Assembly: GCF_018350175.1 (NCBI RefSeq)
Contig: NC_058383.1
Location: 15,502,001 to 15,566,000 of the forward strand
DNA from: Felis catus
Lineage: Eukaryota
Reading direction: 5' to 3'
Length of the DNA: 64,000 bases
The notes beneath the pieces were generated by a model. The model was not told where the DNA came from. It saw only the letters and a list, made by a program, of their open reading frames with translations, and did not search any database. The position numbers and the translations under genes are program-made. Shown piece after piece: positions 1 to 12,274 of the stretch; within the stretch, counting starts at the first letter, position 1, and each line of letters opens with the position of its first letter.

Positions 1-37
1 TTCTTGCTGCTTTTAAGATTTGCTATTTGTCTTTCTT

Positions 38-246
38 TTTAAAAATTTTGTTTAATGTTTATTAATTTTTGAGAGAGAGACAGAGTACGAGCAGGGGAGG
101 GGCAGAGAAAGAGGGAACACAGAGTCTGAAGCAATCCAGGCTCTGAGCTGTCAGCACAGAGCCCAACACGGCCCAACTCACAAACTGAGAGATCATGACC
201 TAAGCCAAAGTCAGAGGCTTAACCAACTCAGCCACCCAGGCACCCC
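38..246 (-). mobile_element. CAN-SINE (SINEC)
   Basis: Antisense: T-rich tail, (GA)n, ends GCCACCCAGGCACCCC. Confidence 0.9.
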
Positions 247-1471
247 TGCTCTTTGTCTTTCAAGTTCAACCATGATGTATTTATTAACACGGATTTATTA
301 AGATTTTTGGATCTGTAAATTAATGATATTTATCAAATTTGAAAGTTTTTGGCCATTATTTCTTCAAATATTTTTCCTGTCCTTTTCCTTCTCTTTTCTT
401 CTGCTGTGACTGTCATTTCTCTATGTTGGCTTGGTTGATGTTGTCCCTAGGTCTTGAGGCTCTGTTCATTTTTCTTCATTTTTTTAAATTCTCTCTAGTG
501 TTCAGGATTGAGTCATTTTTATAATCTGTGTTCAAGTTCACTGATTCTTCTGTCATCTCAAATCTACTGTTAAGATCATCTAGTAAATATCTCATCTAAG
601 TTATTGCAGCTTTCAAGTCGAGAATTTCCAATTGGTTCTTTGTTACATTTTTCATTGTTTTTGTTGAGACTGCCTGTTTTTTAGTTGTAATTATATTTTG
701 CTTCCATTATATTTTCCTTTAATTCTTTGAGTGTATTTATAATACCTGCTTTGAAGACTTTGCTAAATCCAACATCTGGGTCCACTTAGAGACAGGTTCT
801 ATTGACTGCTTTTTCACCAAATATGGGTTTTACTGTGTTTGCATACACATTTCACACTTTTTGTTGAAAACTGGACATTTTGGATAATATATTTTGCAAC
901 TTGGGATTCCGATTGGGTGCCTGCTGCTATTGTTTTGTTTTTAGTGACTTGTCTGAAGTTAACCTGTGGAATATATCTCCCTCCATAGTGTGAAGGAGCC
1001 TGATGTCTTTGCTCAGATTTTTAAAAAATTGATATTTTTACTTTAAATACTTGTAGACTCACATGTGGATTTAAGAAATAATACAGAGAGATGTCACGAG
1101 CCCTTTGTCCAGTTTTCCTCAGTGGCAGTATCTTATAGAACTATAGTATAATATCACCACCAGGATATTGGCATTGTAGTGAAAATCCAGAATACTCCAT
1201 CACAAGGATGCCTTCTGTTCTTTTATAGCCATATCCACACCCATCCCACCCTCCATCCTTAATTCCTGGAAACTATTAAGAAATGTCCTCCAATTCTGTA
1301 ATTGTCATTTCAACAGAGTTATATAAGAGCAAGTGTATAGCCTGTGAGCCTTTAAGCCTGGCTTCTTTTACTTAGCATCATGCCTTTGAGATTTATCTCA
1401 AATGTTGCATGTATTAGTAGTTCATTCTTTTTTATTACTGAGTAGTGTTTCATCATATGAATATACCACAG

Positions 1472-1815
1472 TGCCATAGACTGGATTTTTGTGTTGCCTC
1501 AAAATTCATGTTGAAACCCAATCCCCAATATGATGGTATTTAACAGTGGGGTTTTGGGGAAGTGATTTGGTCATGAGTGCAGAACCCTCAAGAATGGGAT
1601 TAGTGCCCTTATAAAAGAGAGATTTGTCCCTCCTGCTATGTGAGGACACAGAAGATTACTGTCCATGAAATTGGAAGCAGACCCTCCCCAGACATCAAAT
1701 GTACTGGAGACTGGACCTTGGACCTCTCAGTCTTCAGAACTGTATGAAATAAATTTCTGTTGTTTATAGGCCACCCAGTCTATGGTGATTTGCTACAGCA
1801 GCACAGAGTAAGACA
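1472..1815 (+). mobile_element. MaLR (MLT1A-like) solo LTR nested in L1
   Basis: TG...CA termini, exact 5-bp TSD CACAG (1467-1471, 1816-1820), motifs CAAAATTCATGTTGAAAC and AAATAAATTTCTGTTGTTTATA. Confidence 0.9.
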
Positions 1816-2015
1816 CACAGATTATTTAATCATTTACCCATTGAAGAACATCCAAGGTCATTTCTAGTTTAGGGTTATTAGGAATAAAGCTGCTGTGAGC
1901 ATTCATGTACAGGATTTTGTGTAAACCTATATTTTCATTTCTCTGGGATAAATGCCCAAAAGGACAATTTCTGGGTTGTATGGTAGTTGCATGCTTGACT
2001 TCATAAGAATTCCCC

Positions 2016-2247
2016 AGGGGCGCCTGGGTGGCGCAGTCGGTTAAGCGTCCGACTTCAGCCAGGTCACGATCTCGCGGTCCGTGAGTTCGAGCCCCACGTC
2101 GGGCTCTGGGCTGATGGCTCAGAGCCTGGAGCCTGCTTCCGATTCTGTATCTCCCTCTCTCTCTGCCCCTCCCCCGTTCATGCTCTGTCTCTCTCTGTCC
2201 CAAAAATAAATAAATGTTGAAAAAATAAAAAAAATAAAAAAATAAAA
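2016..2247 (+). mobile_element. Young SINEC_Fc
   Basis: GGGGCGCCTGGGTGGCGCAGTCGGTTAAGCGTCCGACTTCAGCCAGG with CpGs retained; TSD AAGAATTCCCCA. Confidence 0.95.
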
Positions 2248-2262
2248 AAGAATTCCCCAAGT

Positions 2263-2480
2263 GGGGCACCTGGGTGGCTCAGTCTGTTAAACAGCCAGTT
2301 CTTGATTTGGGCTCAGGTCATGATTTCACAGTTCCTGAGTTTGGGCTCCACATTGGGTTCTGTGCTGTTAGCACGGAGCCTGCTTGAGACTCTCTCTCTC
2401 TCCCTCTCTCTCTCTCTCTCTGCTCTCCCCAGCTCACTCTCTCTCTCAAAATAAATAAACTTGAAAAAAAAAAAAAAAGA
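2263..2480 (+). mobile_element. Older CAN-SINE
   Basis: GGGGCACCTGGGTGGCTCAG head, (CT)n, poly-A. Confidence 0.9.
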
Positions 2481-2587
2481 AATTCCAGTTTTCCAGAGTA
2501 GGTGTACAATTTTACATTCCCACCAGCAATGTATGAGTAATTCAGTTTCTTTTTGCTCTTACCAGCATTTGGTGTTATCACTATTTA

Positions 2588-2616
2588 ATTCATTCATTCA
2601 TTCATTCATTCATTCA
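2588..2616. repeat. (ATTC)n microsatellite
   Basis: About seven ATTC units. Confidence 0.95.
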
Positions 2617-3194
2617 CAATTCTGATAAGTGTACAGTGGTATCTTGTTGTGGTTTTAATTTGCATTTCTCTCATGGCTTAAGATATTAACCATTTTTCTA
2701 TGTGTTTATTTGAAATCTCTTCAGCAAAATGTCTGTTCATGTCTTTTGCTCATTTTCTAGTTGAATTGCTGTTTTTTGTTTGTTTGTTTGTTTACTGTTG
2801 AGTTTTATGAGTTCTTTATATATTCTTGATAGTAGTTCTTTGTTGGATATGTCGTTTGCAAATATTTTCTCGAAGTCTGTAGCTTGTCTTTCATCCTTTT
2901 AACAGTGCCTTTCACACACCAAGAGTTTTACATCAATGAGGTCCAATTGGTCAAATTTTCCTTTTATGGATTTTGTTTGTGGGGTCATGTCTAAGGAGTT
3001 TTTGCCTAGTCCTAGATCTTGATTTTCTCATATTTTTTTTTCTAAAGTTTTATAGCTTTATATTTTACATCTAAGTTCATGATCCATTTTGAATTAATTT
3101 TTGCATAACATGTGGGACTTAGAGTCAAGGTTCATTTTTTTTTTTTTCTATGAATGTTCAATTGCTATGGCACCATTAAAAGTACTATCCTTCC

Positions 3195-3408
3195 AGGGCG
3201 CCTGGGTGGCTCAGTCGGTTAAGCGGCCGACTTCGGCCCAGGTCATGATCTCGCAGTCCGTGAGTTTGAGCCCCGCGTCGGGCTCTGTGCTGACGGCTCA
3301 GAGCCTGGAGCCTGTTTCAGATTCTGTGTCTCCCTCTCTCTGACCCTCCCCCGTTCATGCTTTGTCTCTCTCTGTCTCAAAAATAAATAAACGTTAAAAA
3401 AAAAAAAA
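3195..3408 (+). mobile_element. SINEC_Fc
   Basis: Full length; TSD AAAAGTACTATCCTTCC. Confidence 0.95.
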
Positions 3409-5649
3409 AGTACTATCCTTCCTTCGCTAAATTGGTTTTTGCACCTTTGTTTAAAAAAAATCCAATGGACCTACTTGTGTGGGTCTATTTCTAGGCTGTC
3501 TATTCTGCTTCTGATCTCTGTGTCAGTCCTGTCATCAGTACTATGCTATCTTCATTTCCATACCTGTCTAGTAAGCCTTCATATTGGGTACAGTGATTCT
3601 ACCCCTTTAATCTAAGATTATTCTAGACATTCGAGGGCCTATGCCTTCTCTTATACATTTTAGAATAAGCCTATGTCTATCAAACAAATCCTTGCTGGCA
3701 TTTTGGTAGGAATTGCATTAAATCTTTAAATCAGTTTGGCAAGCATTGACATCTTGACTCTTTGAGTCTTTCTGTCATGAGCACGATATGCCTCTCCATT
3801 TATTTGGTTTTAATTTCTTTCATCAGCTTTATATATGCTTTGTTAGATTCATACCTAAGCATATTTAAATAGTTGTAAATGCTACTGTATTTTTCATTTT
3901 GCTTTCCATTTTTTGTTGAACACTGGATGTTTTAGATAACATATTATATCTGATTTTTTTTTCCCCTGAATGTTATTGTTTTGTTTTTAGTAAATGCCTA
4001 GACTCAATCTTTGGAATCTCTCTGCCTCGTGGTACACAACCCATAATGTCTTGGCTCAGTTTTTTAATTTATATTTTCATTTTTTGTAAAATAAAATCTG
4101 CCTATACATTGTCTCTGGGTCTGTCTAGTGAGTGGTCAGGTAATGACAGGCTCTGCTCAAACACCAGTGAGGCTTTCACCCTTGGCCAATGGACTTGGGG
4201 ACAGGTGGGGGGCCTATTCAAAATTCAGTCTGTTTTCAAGTCTCTCCCAGCTTTTACTTTCTACCACAGATCTTGAACCTTTTTGGGGTCTCCCCTGTGT
4301 ATGAACACAACCTCCCATTCCATCAGGGATGTAATGGAAAGCCCTCTCTGGTTCTCTCTTTTCTGGGATTTCCTTGGCAAATTTCTAGAGAGCCCACTGG
4401 TCTGCCAACTGCCCCAAGTAGGCCTGCAGCCTCAGGCTACCAAAGCTGTGGGTTTTCACCTTTCATTTCCTACGGAGTTTCCTACTTTTACTGACAATGC
4501 CAGTGAGCATGGGGTTTTTCTCCCTCCCCTCCAAATCAAATCCAACAGTGAAACTGCCAGTATTCAAAGGCATCTTCACCCTGGTAGCACGACAAGCTGG
4601 GGATGGGGAAGGAAATGGAAACAGCTCCAGGCAAGACTCCCACAGTTCTTTCCAAAAGTTCAGTTTTTCCATAAATAGATGCTTCTCAATTTTTTGGCTA
4701 CTTGCCTTTGGTCAACTTCCAGAGCCCTGGAATGGTTGGTTTTGTCAATTTTGTCCTGTTTTATAGTTGCCTAACACTTTGCCAGAGACACTCAGCCATG
4801 ACTGAACCTCTTAGCCGTGGACCACCTTGAAATCCAGCTGGGATCCAGACTCTTCTACCCTCCCAGCTCCAGCTCCTGTGGGTGAATCAGCCTCCTTAAG
4901 TGAAGCTCTCCATTCACATGCAGATCTCCCTCTACTGGTGAGAGAAGGCTCAGAATTAGGTTTGCCTGCTGACAGGTCCCGACAGTCCAGGGCAGTAATC
5001 TCCAGAGTGGGGTACACAAGCTCAGACAATGGGATGGCACCAGTCAATTCATAAGGGTGTAAAAACTTTTAGATTGTAATTAGGCTCCACTCAGATTAAG
5101 TATACAAACTGACATCATCACCCTCCCTTGGATGGTCAGTTGGATGGGCATGGGTCAACATGTGGGGTCGAGACTCCTACACGAGGTGTATGTTCCTCAC
5201 ACAGTTGCCCTGAGGGAAGCACCCTCACACTTCGTCCACTTTCAGCTTATCAAGAGCTGCTGCGATGTATAAGGAGACTATCAAGGGGAGTCATGACTTG
5301 TTAACTGGTTTAAAACTAACACCCACAACACGGACAAATGGGTTAAAAAGACTCCTTCAAATAAATTACTGATTGAGAATAACACTCAAGTGCAAGCAAA
5401 TGACAGATAATGGTGGAGGCAATTCCTCCTCCTACTACTGGGAGGTCTTCCCAAGTTCCATTAGGAGCTCAATATAATGATGCTTTAATCAGATCTAACA
5501 AGAAGTCATCCAGAAAATAATGCCAAGTTAATGAGCACAATTTGAAATATAGATTGACAAATTCAGAGTGATGAATCTCACCCTAAGCCCCTTAGGTGGC
5601 TTGAGATATTAGCTAATGGACACTATGATGTCACCACATTGTCAAGGCA

Positions 5650-5874
5650 TTTTTTTTTATTTAAAAAATTTTTTTTCCAACGTTTATTTATTTTTCGGAC
5701 AGAGACAGAGCATGAACGGGGGAGGGGCAGAGAGATGGAGACACAGAATCGGAAACAGGCTCCAGGCTCTGAGCCATCAGCCCAGAGCCCGACGTGGGGC
5801 TTGAACTCACGGACCGCGAGATCGTGACCTGGCTGAAGTCGGACGCTTAACCGACTGCGCCACCCAGGCGCCCC
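5650..5874 (-). mobile_element. Young SINEC_Fc
   Basis: Nearly same sequence as 2016-2247; TSD AAGGCATTTTT. Confidence 0.95.
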
Positions 5875-6619
5875 AAGGCATTTTTAAACTGCTGTATTTT
5901 GTGTTTCTATTTTTATGTGTATTTTACTAGGTAGAGAATTTAGTAATATAGTCATGCATGTACATAATATTCTGAGAAAATTTATATCCAATGTGTGCAA
6001 TAAAATTCACTGCCACTAGAAGTGAGAGATAAAGTCCCCCTGGTCTCTAGAGTACTTCTGCATTGGGATCCCATGGTAGTACGTATGCCACTGTGCTAGC
6101 TGGGGTCTCTGCCACAGGGCTGCCAAGTCCCAAACACTCTCCACCCGGGATTCCTGTCTGGCGCCAAGAGGTTTTGGGGCCAAACTTGCAGGACCAGAAC
6201 TCAATACGTAATCAGCAGACTGCACCTTGCAGACTGGTATCACTCCTTTGCCCCAACCCAAAGTACCCGCTTTATCAGTGGGACTCAAGACTACAGATGG
6301 GCGACCTCCCAGCCCTCCACATCTCCAATCAGAGAGGTCATGAGAAACCTCATGTCACATAGTGGGATCTGGACAAAAGAGCTCTGTGGAATTGGATCAT
6401 TAACCTTTAACATTTCCGGGGACCAAAGTAGGAAGGGTGTGAATAGGACAGTAGGCAGGGCTTATGGGCTCAGCTCTGGTCCTGTCTGCACCAACTGACC
6501 CCCGAGAGCTGTCCTGCAACCCCACCATATTTCCTGCATGGACAGAGTATAAGGTAAGCAGGCGGACTCCAGACCTCCCCAGTTACAGCTCACATTCATC
6601 ACCTACGGCCTCCACATAC

Positions 6620-6830
6620 TTCAATTCACTGAATTCTCTCAAGAACCCTAGGAAGGGAACACTATTAGTAATCATTCTCTTTACAGATGAAGAAATGGAG
6701 GCAGAGTACAAATGAAATTTGCCCAAGGCTCTCCAAGAGTAAAGTGCTAGTGCCAGAATTGGAACCCAGACAATCCTAATTAGGCACTAAATCCGAAACC
6801 CAAACTCCTAGCCACTGTGTTCTCCTGCCT
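6620..6830 (-). mobile_element. MIR
   Basis: TTTACAGATGAAGAAATGGAGGCAGAG...TTGCCCAAGG core. Confidence 0.75.
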
Positions 6831-7004
6831 CCTTATATGCTACCATCTGTCCATGACCTGGTCACCAGTAACTGCTGACACTAGAACTGGCCACCAGAGG
6901 GAAAAGCACGATCATTTGCTCTAAACAAGGCATGCGTGTTGCAGGCTTAGTGTTGGGGCTTAAGACACACGAAGATGTACTCTGAAGGGACCCCATCTAA
7001 AAAC

Positions 7005-7034
7005 CACACATACACACACACACACACACACACA
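7005..7034. repeat. (CA)n microsatellite
   Basis: CACACATACACACACACACACACACACACA. Confidence 0.95.
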
Positions 7035-7889
7035 TCTTGCTTCATCCACCTGTTGCCAATACTTGCAAATTCTGGGCAGACCACCTCAAATATTTTCTTT
7101 TGCTCTGCCTGCCTAGCTTAGGTTTTTGACATCTCATTTTTTCAGTGTCCAACCCAGGCCAAAATTTGTAACATCATTTTCACTAAAAGTTGCATATCCC
7201 ACACTCTCCAGGGAAGGTGCATTTCTAGCCAAACTCTTGGTTTTCCACTGTGTATTCCTTTCCTGTTTCTACCCCATGAACCACCCAACCCTCCCCCCAC
7301 CCTCCCCATCCGATATACAGCATGTTTCTGTTGCGCTCCAGCAACTTTATGGGTAAATTTCTTACACCTTAGAGCTACAGGCTATCATTTTTGTATCTGA
7401 GAATGGCAAAAATGTACATACCAGAATGTGGGTTAAGATCAGTTATTCTCTTTTCTTGCTCTCCTGGCATTCTGTGCGCTGGGAGTATGTATGGGGTGGG
7501 GGGGAGGGGCTGAACACAGGAAGAGGGATGGAGACAGGAAGTACATCACTTGTTCCCCAGTCCCAATGCCTGCTTGAGTGGGACCCTGGCTTTCACGAGT
7601 GCCAGATGGACATCTTTGCAGATCACAGGACTGTCCCCTTGGACCCACCTCCCTTCCTCCTCGCGGACTAAGGACAGGGAAGGACCTCTCCAGCTCATGG
7701 CCTCATCTTGAAGTGTGGGCCACAGTCAGGCAAACTGAGAAGAGCCCTAGATCACAGGCTGGTAGACCTTGACCCTAGGGGCCGGGGAATGAGAGCCATT
7801 GTAAGCGTCCAGGGTTGGTAGGAAGCCAAAAGCTGAGGCATCGAGGGAACTTTCAGTCTAGGGCAGAATGCATGGGGTGAATATGCCGG

Positions 7890-8030
7890 GACCCTGGTTT
7901 TCAACAGGGCAATGCCAGCCCTAGGGGAACTTTGTTTAGGAGAGATTTTGGGTTATCACAATAATAGGGGACCTCTCCTTGCATGTGGAGGCCCCCCACA
8001 GGACCTGTGGCCCCCCACAAAGACCTGTCA
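7890..8030 (+). mobile_element. hAT-Charlie MITE fragment (MER20-like)
   Basis: TGGTTTTCAACAGGGCAAT...CCCTAGGGGAACTTTG...GAGATTTTGGGTTATCACAA. Confidence 0.5.
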
Positions 8031-8350
8031 CATTTCACAAAGCTTCCAGGGTCTTACCCATCCTTCAGGTAGAGATGAAAAATGTGTATCATCATTTGAG
8101 CCTGGAACCTATTTTGCACAAATATTTTTTAGACATGCACTATACTTTCTAGGATCCCAAGTAAACGGAGGGAAGAGTGTACCTTGTTGTTTTGGGAAAC
8201 TTAACAGGAATCCCATCTCCTGCAGTCCTGCCGGGGTCGGAGTGGCAGCCAAACCTCACCTGTCACTCTGTGCGGGGCTGTCCCGCTCACAGAAATCCTC
8301 TCACGGGTACAGGATCTAATCCCATTGTCATCACTTCAAGGTTGTGCCCA

Positions 8351-8562
8351 GGGGCACGTGGGTGGTCCAGTCAGTTAAGCATCAGACCTCATCATCTCGC
8401 AGTTCGTGAGTTCGAGCCTTGGGTTGGGCTCTGTGCAGACAGCTTGGAGCCTGGAGCCTGCTTCGGATTCTGTGTCTCCCTCTCCTTCTGCCCTCCCCCA
8501 CTTGCTCTCTCTCTCTCAAGAATAAGCATTAAAAATTTTTTTTCTTAAAAAAGAAAAAAAAA
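8351..8562 (+). mobile_element. CAN-SINE
   Basis: SINE body and poly-A; TSD AAGGTTGT(G/A)CCCAGG. Confidence 0.9.
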
Positions 8563-8646
8563 GGTTGTACCCAGGCCTTTACTTAAGATGCAGCTGAGCT
8601 CATCACACGTTGCTTTCCTTCTATTTATATTTCAGTTAGTCCTCTA

Positions 8647-9109
8647 TTTTTTTAATGTTGATTTATTTCGAGACAGAGAGAGAGAGAGAGAGAGAGAAAC
8701 AGGGGAGAGGCAGAGAGGAAGAGAGAGAGAGAGAGAGAGAGAGAGAATCCCAAACAGGCTCTGCACTGCCAGCAGAGCTGGACGCAGGGCTTGAACCCAC
8801 AAAACCACGAAATCATGACCTCAGCCAAAGCCAAGAATCAGGTGCTCACCCAACTGAGCCACCCAGACACCCCGTCCTCTATTTTTTTTTTATTTTTCTT
8901 AAAAAAAATTTTTTTTATGTTTATTTATGAGACGGAGAGAGCACGCGAGCGAGGGAGGAGCAGGGAGAGAGAGGGAGACACAGAATCCGAAGCAGGTTCC
9001 AGACTCTGAGCTGTCAGCCCAGAGCCCAACGTGGGGCTCAAACCCACGAACCGCGAGATGACGTGAGCTGAAGTTGGACACTCAACCGACTGCGCCACCC
9101 AGGCGCCCC
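8647..9109 (-). mobile_element. Two tandem antisense CAN-SINEs (8647-8873, 8882-9109)
   Basis: Two SINE bodies with (GA)n; GTCCTCTATTTTT repeated at ~8640 and ~8874. Confidence 0.9.
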
Positions 9110-10276
9110 CTTTTTATTTTTAATTACATGTTGGTAAATGATATTCTCTTTTCAGGATAGTAAAATCTATAAAAAGGTTAGGCCTCATCAGGTTGAGCTC
9201 AATGTGCTAGGGGCCAAGGGGCCCCTGATGCCGTAAGTGTGACTTTGGTCCTGCTCTTCAGTGTGTCCACGGGTGGCCTGCAGCTGCCCCAGCACCAGCG
9301 GCCCCCCAGGTGGTGCTAGAGCAGGAAAGCAGCCAGGCAGAGCCTGGAACGGGCGCCCTGGACAAGAGGGAAGGGGAGGGGTGCCCTTCCAGCTGGCAGA
9401 CCGCTGCAGTGTCCGTCACGTGTGCCGAGTAGGAACCCCCGTGTCAGGGACAGGTGGATTCCCCAGCTCCTACGTGGATGAGGCATGTGAACCAGCCACA
9501 CGGGCATGGATGTGGCGCAGGGTAGACAGCCAGATTCGGCTGAAGGACACGGACCAAAGACGGAGAGTCTTCCAGATTCAGGATATGATCCAGTGGCCAG
9601 GCTGGAGATGAAAGGGCAGAGGAATCATGTCTGAAAGGAACACAGGTTTGAACTCGAAGCATCTTCCCTAGCCCCTTCTGTGTGTCTTTCTTCTTTTTTA
9701 TGACTTTTTTTTAAAGATTAAGGGCTACTTCATTAAAATGAAGGCGTGGCCAATGTGATTTCAAGAGGTCAGACTCCCAAATTCTGAGAGGCAGAGAGAT
9801 TGTAAGGCATTCTCAAAATGACAAAACGAATTCTTGATAGCTAGAATCCTGGAGTTCAGACCCTGAAATCTCTCAGCTGTGAGGTCGCTCATAAATTATC
9901 CAGGGTCGGTGGTTTTGAAACTGCAGCCTGCTTTCCATTAGTTGGCCGTGTAATCAATTTAGTGGTCAAGCTCAGTTTTTAAATTAAATAGAAGACACTA
10001 AAATTTAAAAATATTGGTGTGTGTCATCCGTGGCGGGAGCAACGATCACTTCATGATGTTTCAATTACGTAACTTCCGGGCATCCATTCTCATCCTTGAA
10101 AAGTGAGAAGCCAGGGCACAGGCAGCCCCACGGCCCAGAGAAGCCAAACCCAGTTCTCCTCTACCCCCAGGTAGCCAGAGGTGACCCGCCAGCCCAACTC
10201 TTGCACACCCGCCCTCCCCACTTCGTCGGAACACACATTCACAGAGTGCTGGACACTGTTCTAAGCGCTTGGCATT

Positions 10277-10485
10277 GGGGCGCCTGGGTGGCTCAGTCGG
10301 TTGGGCATCCGACTTCACTCAGGTCATGATCTAGAGGTCTGTGGGTTCAAGCGCCAGGTCTGGCTCTGTGCCGACAGCTCGGAGCCTGTACCTGCTTCAG
10401 ATTGTCTCCCTCTCTCTCTGCCCCTCCCCCACTCATGCTCTTTCTCTCGAAAAGTGAGTAAACACTAAAATTTTTTTTAAAAAAA
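10277..10485 (+). mobile_element. SINEC_Fc
   Basis: Full length; TSD TAAGC(GC/AT)TTGG(C/T)ATT. Confidence 0.9.
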
Positions 10486-10494
10486 TAAGCATTT

Positions 10495-10640
10495 GGTATT
10501 AACTTGATGAATTCTCACTGCATTCAAGTGAGTGCCATCATCCTTATTTTACGGATGAGGAAACTGGGGCACAGAGAGGTTAAGCCACTTGGCCAAAGCT
10601 GCAGGGCATGTGGGAATTGGAACCGGGGCTCATTGCTGCC
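10495..10640 (-). mobile_element. MIR
   Basis: ATTTTACGGATGAGGAAACTGGGGCACAGAGAGGTTAAG core. Confidence 0.8.
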
Positions 10641-12274
10641 ACACCGGACTTCAGTTCCTGGAGCAGCCGGGGGTGCAGCATCTCCCTGCATGGCCTCTGG
10701 CACACCAGCCCCATGGGGCCACTGTAGCAGCAGCCTGGGGGAACCCTGTCTTCGGGAGGTGGACAAATCCCCAACGGGCCCCCATTCCCCCATTCTCCAT
10801 GCGGCAATGAGCCCGGGGTCCCTGAGCGCCAGGGTCGCAGCTCCGCCCTCTGCATCCAACGCTCCCACCCCACCCCAACCCCTGCTCCCATTCCCAGGTG
10901 CATTCAAACCGCAGCTATTCCAAGATGCCATCCGGGGCCCCCTGAAGAGCCATCATCCTCTGCCCTGCAACCCTCTTGATCTCTTCACTGTCTGCCATTA
11001 GATTACACTTTTTCGTGAACTGTCTCCCCAACTAGAAGGGCCGAAAAGACCAGTCTTTTGTCCATGTGCTACAGCACCTTCAGCTCCCAGAACAGTGAGG
11101 ACACTTAGGAGAACCCGAGAAAGATTTGTTACTGAGTGATGCAACAAGTCGATCCCCTCTTCCCCTGGGACACAGTCCACACACTTGCATCTATTCTCAC
11201 AGTGGTCAAACCACCCTAGTTCACCCATAATATCAACAACTAGCATGGCACCAATCTGGGTCTTTGGAGGCTAAGAAGAAGAAGAAAAAGGCTCTCTCAG
11301 ATGAAGAGAGAAGTTTGGGCAAGTTCACGAAGACCTTGACCAGACTCCACACCGCTCCTCTGGCCTTTGCATTCATTCTGATCTTTTCTGTGCTCCTTTG
11401 CTGGTCTGTGAGTCTGAGTAGCTTCAGGTGCAGCGTGCCTCGACTTGACTCGAGGCCTCAGCACAGGTCAGATTTTACACGGAGCGGACAGAAGGAAGAT
11501 GGGAGCTCTTACTGACCAAGGACTCTTGTTCACACGTGATGAAGCAGGACATGCCATCTAAGAGAGCAGGGGGAGAGCAGTGAGGGGCACGAAGCGTGGC
11601 CTGTGAGAGAGACGAGGCAGGAGAGGTGAAGAGGTAGAAACAAACGGGACTGTTGAGGCATCCTGTTCAACACGGTCCTGGCCCCAAGAGTGCCTAGAGA
11701 CTGGCCTCTGTGACCCTGGAGCCTGCCGGGAAGGGAGGGGAGGTCCACAGAGCCTCCGCCCATCGGGGAAGAGAAGAATTCACGTTAGCGAACACGATCT
11801 CCCTTGATAAGCTGCTCCACAAATAACTGTAGGGGATGCGCCGTCCTGGCACAGGGCGTCTGGCACATGCGGGAGCTCTGTGACAGGAGAAGGCAGAGCG
11901 GCTGGCGTCTGCTTCTGGTGGTGACTCAGGCCAAGTGCACGTGAAGGGCTTATGTAACTGAGAAGGGCGTCTTCACATCCCCATGTCTACTCACATGCTC
12001 CGCAGTGGTCTCCATTGCTTAGTTTACTCACTTCTGGGCAGGATTTGGGTCAAGTCTGTGGGCACTTGCTGGTCCACGGCTGTCAAAGAGGTTTTGTACT
12101 CTCAGGGAGAAGACCTGTATGTTCGCTGAGGCCAGCTTAGGAGACGCGGCCCACCCCGCATCCTGACGATGAGCGACACGTGGAGAAAACAGGTTGCAGA
12201 ACACCCCCAGTAACTGATCACATATGTTCTTCCCTTAGAAAACACCCATCAGATGGGAGGAAAACAGAGACACG

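Larger units (their letters stand above)
250..4780 (-). mobile_element. Old fragmented L1M sequence interrupted by MLT1 and three SINEs
   Basis: T-rich antisense L1 motifs: TTTTACATTCCCACCAGCAATGTATGAG, TTGCAAATATTTTCT, GATCCATTTTGAATTAATTTTTG, GGAATTGCATTAAATCT. Confidence 0.8.

Noticed and set aside
1826..2269. 147-aa ORF and many similar ORFs (YLFLRQRETEHERGRGRERG..., MAQSVKRPTSAQVMIS...)
   Set aside because: These are translations of CAN-SINE consensus in either strand, not genes.
10504..11001. 165-aa ORF and overlapping ORFs on both strands
   Set aside because: Begins in a MIR and continues in GC-rich stop-poor DNA; no recognisable protein or splice structure.
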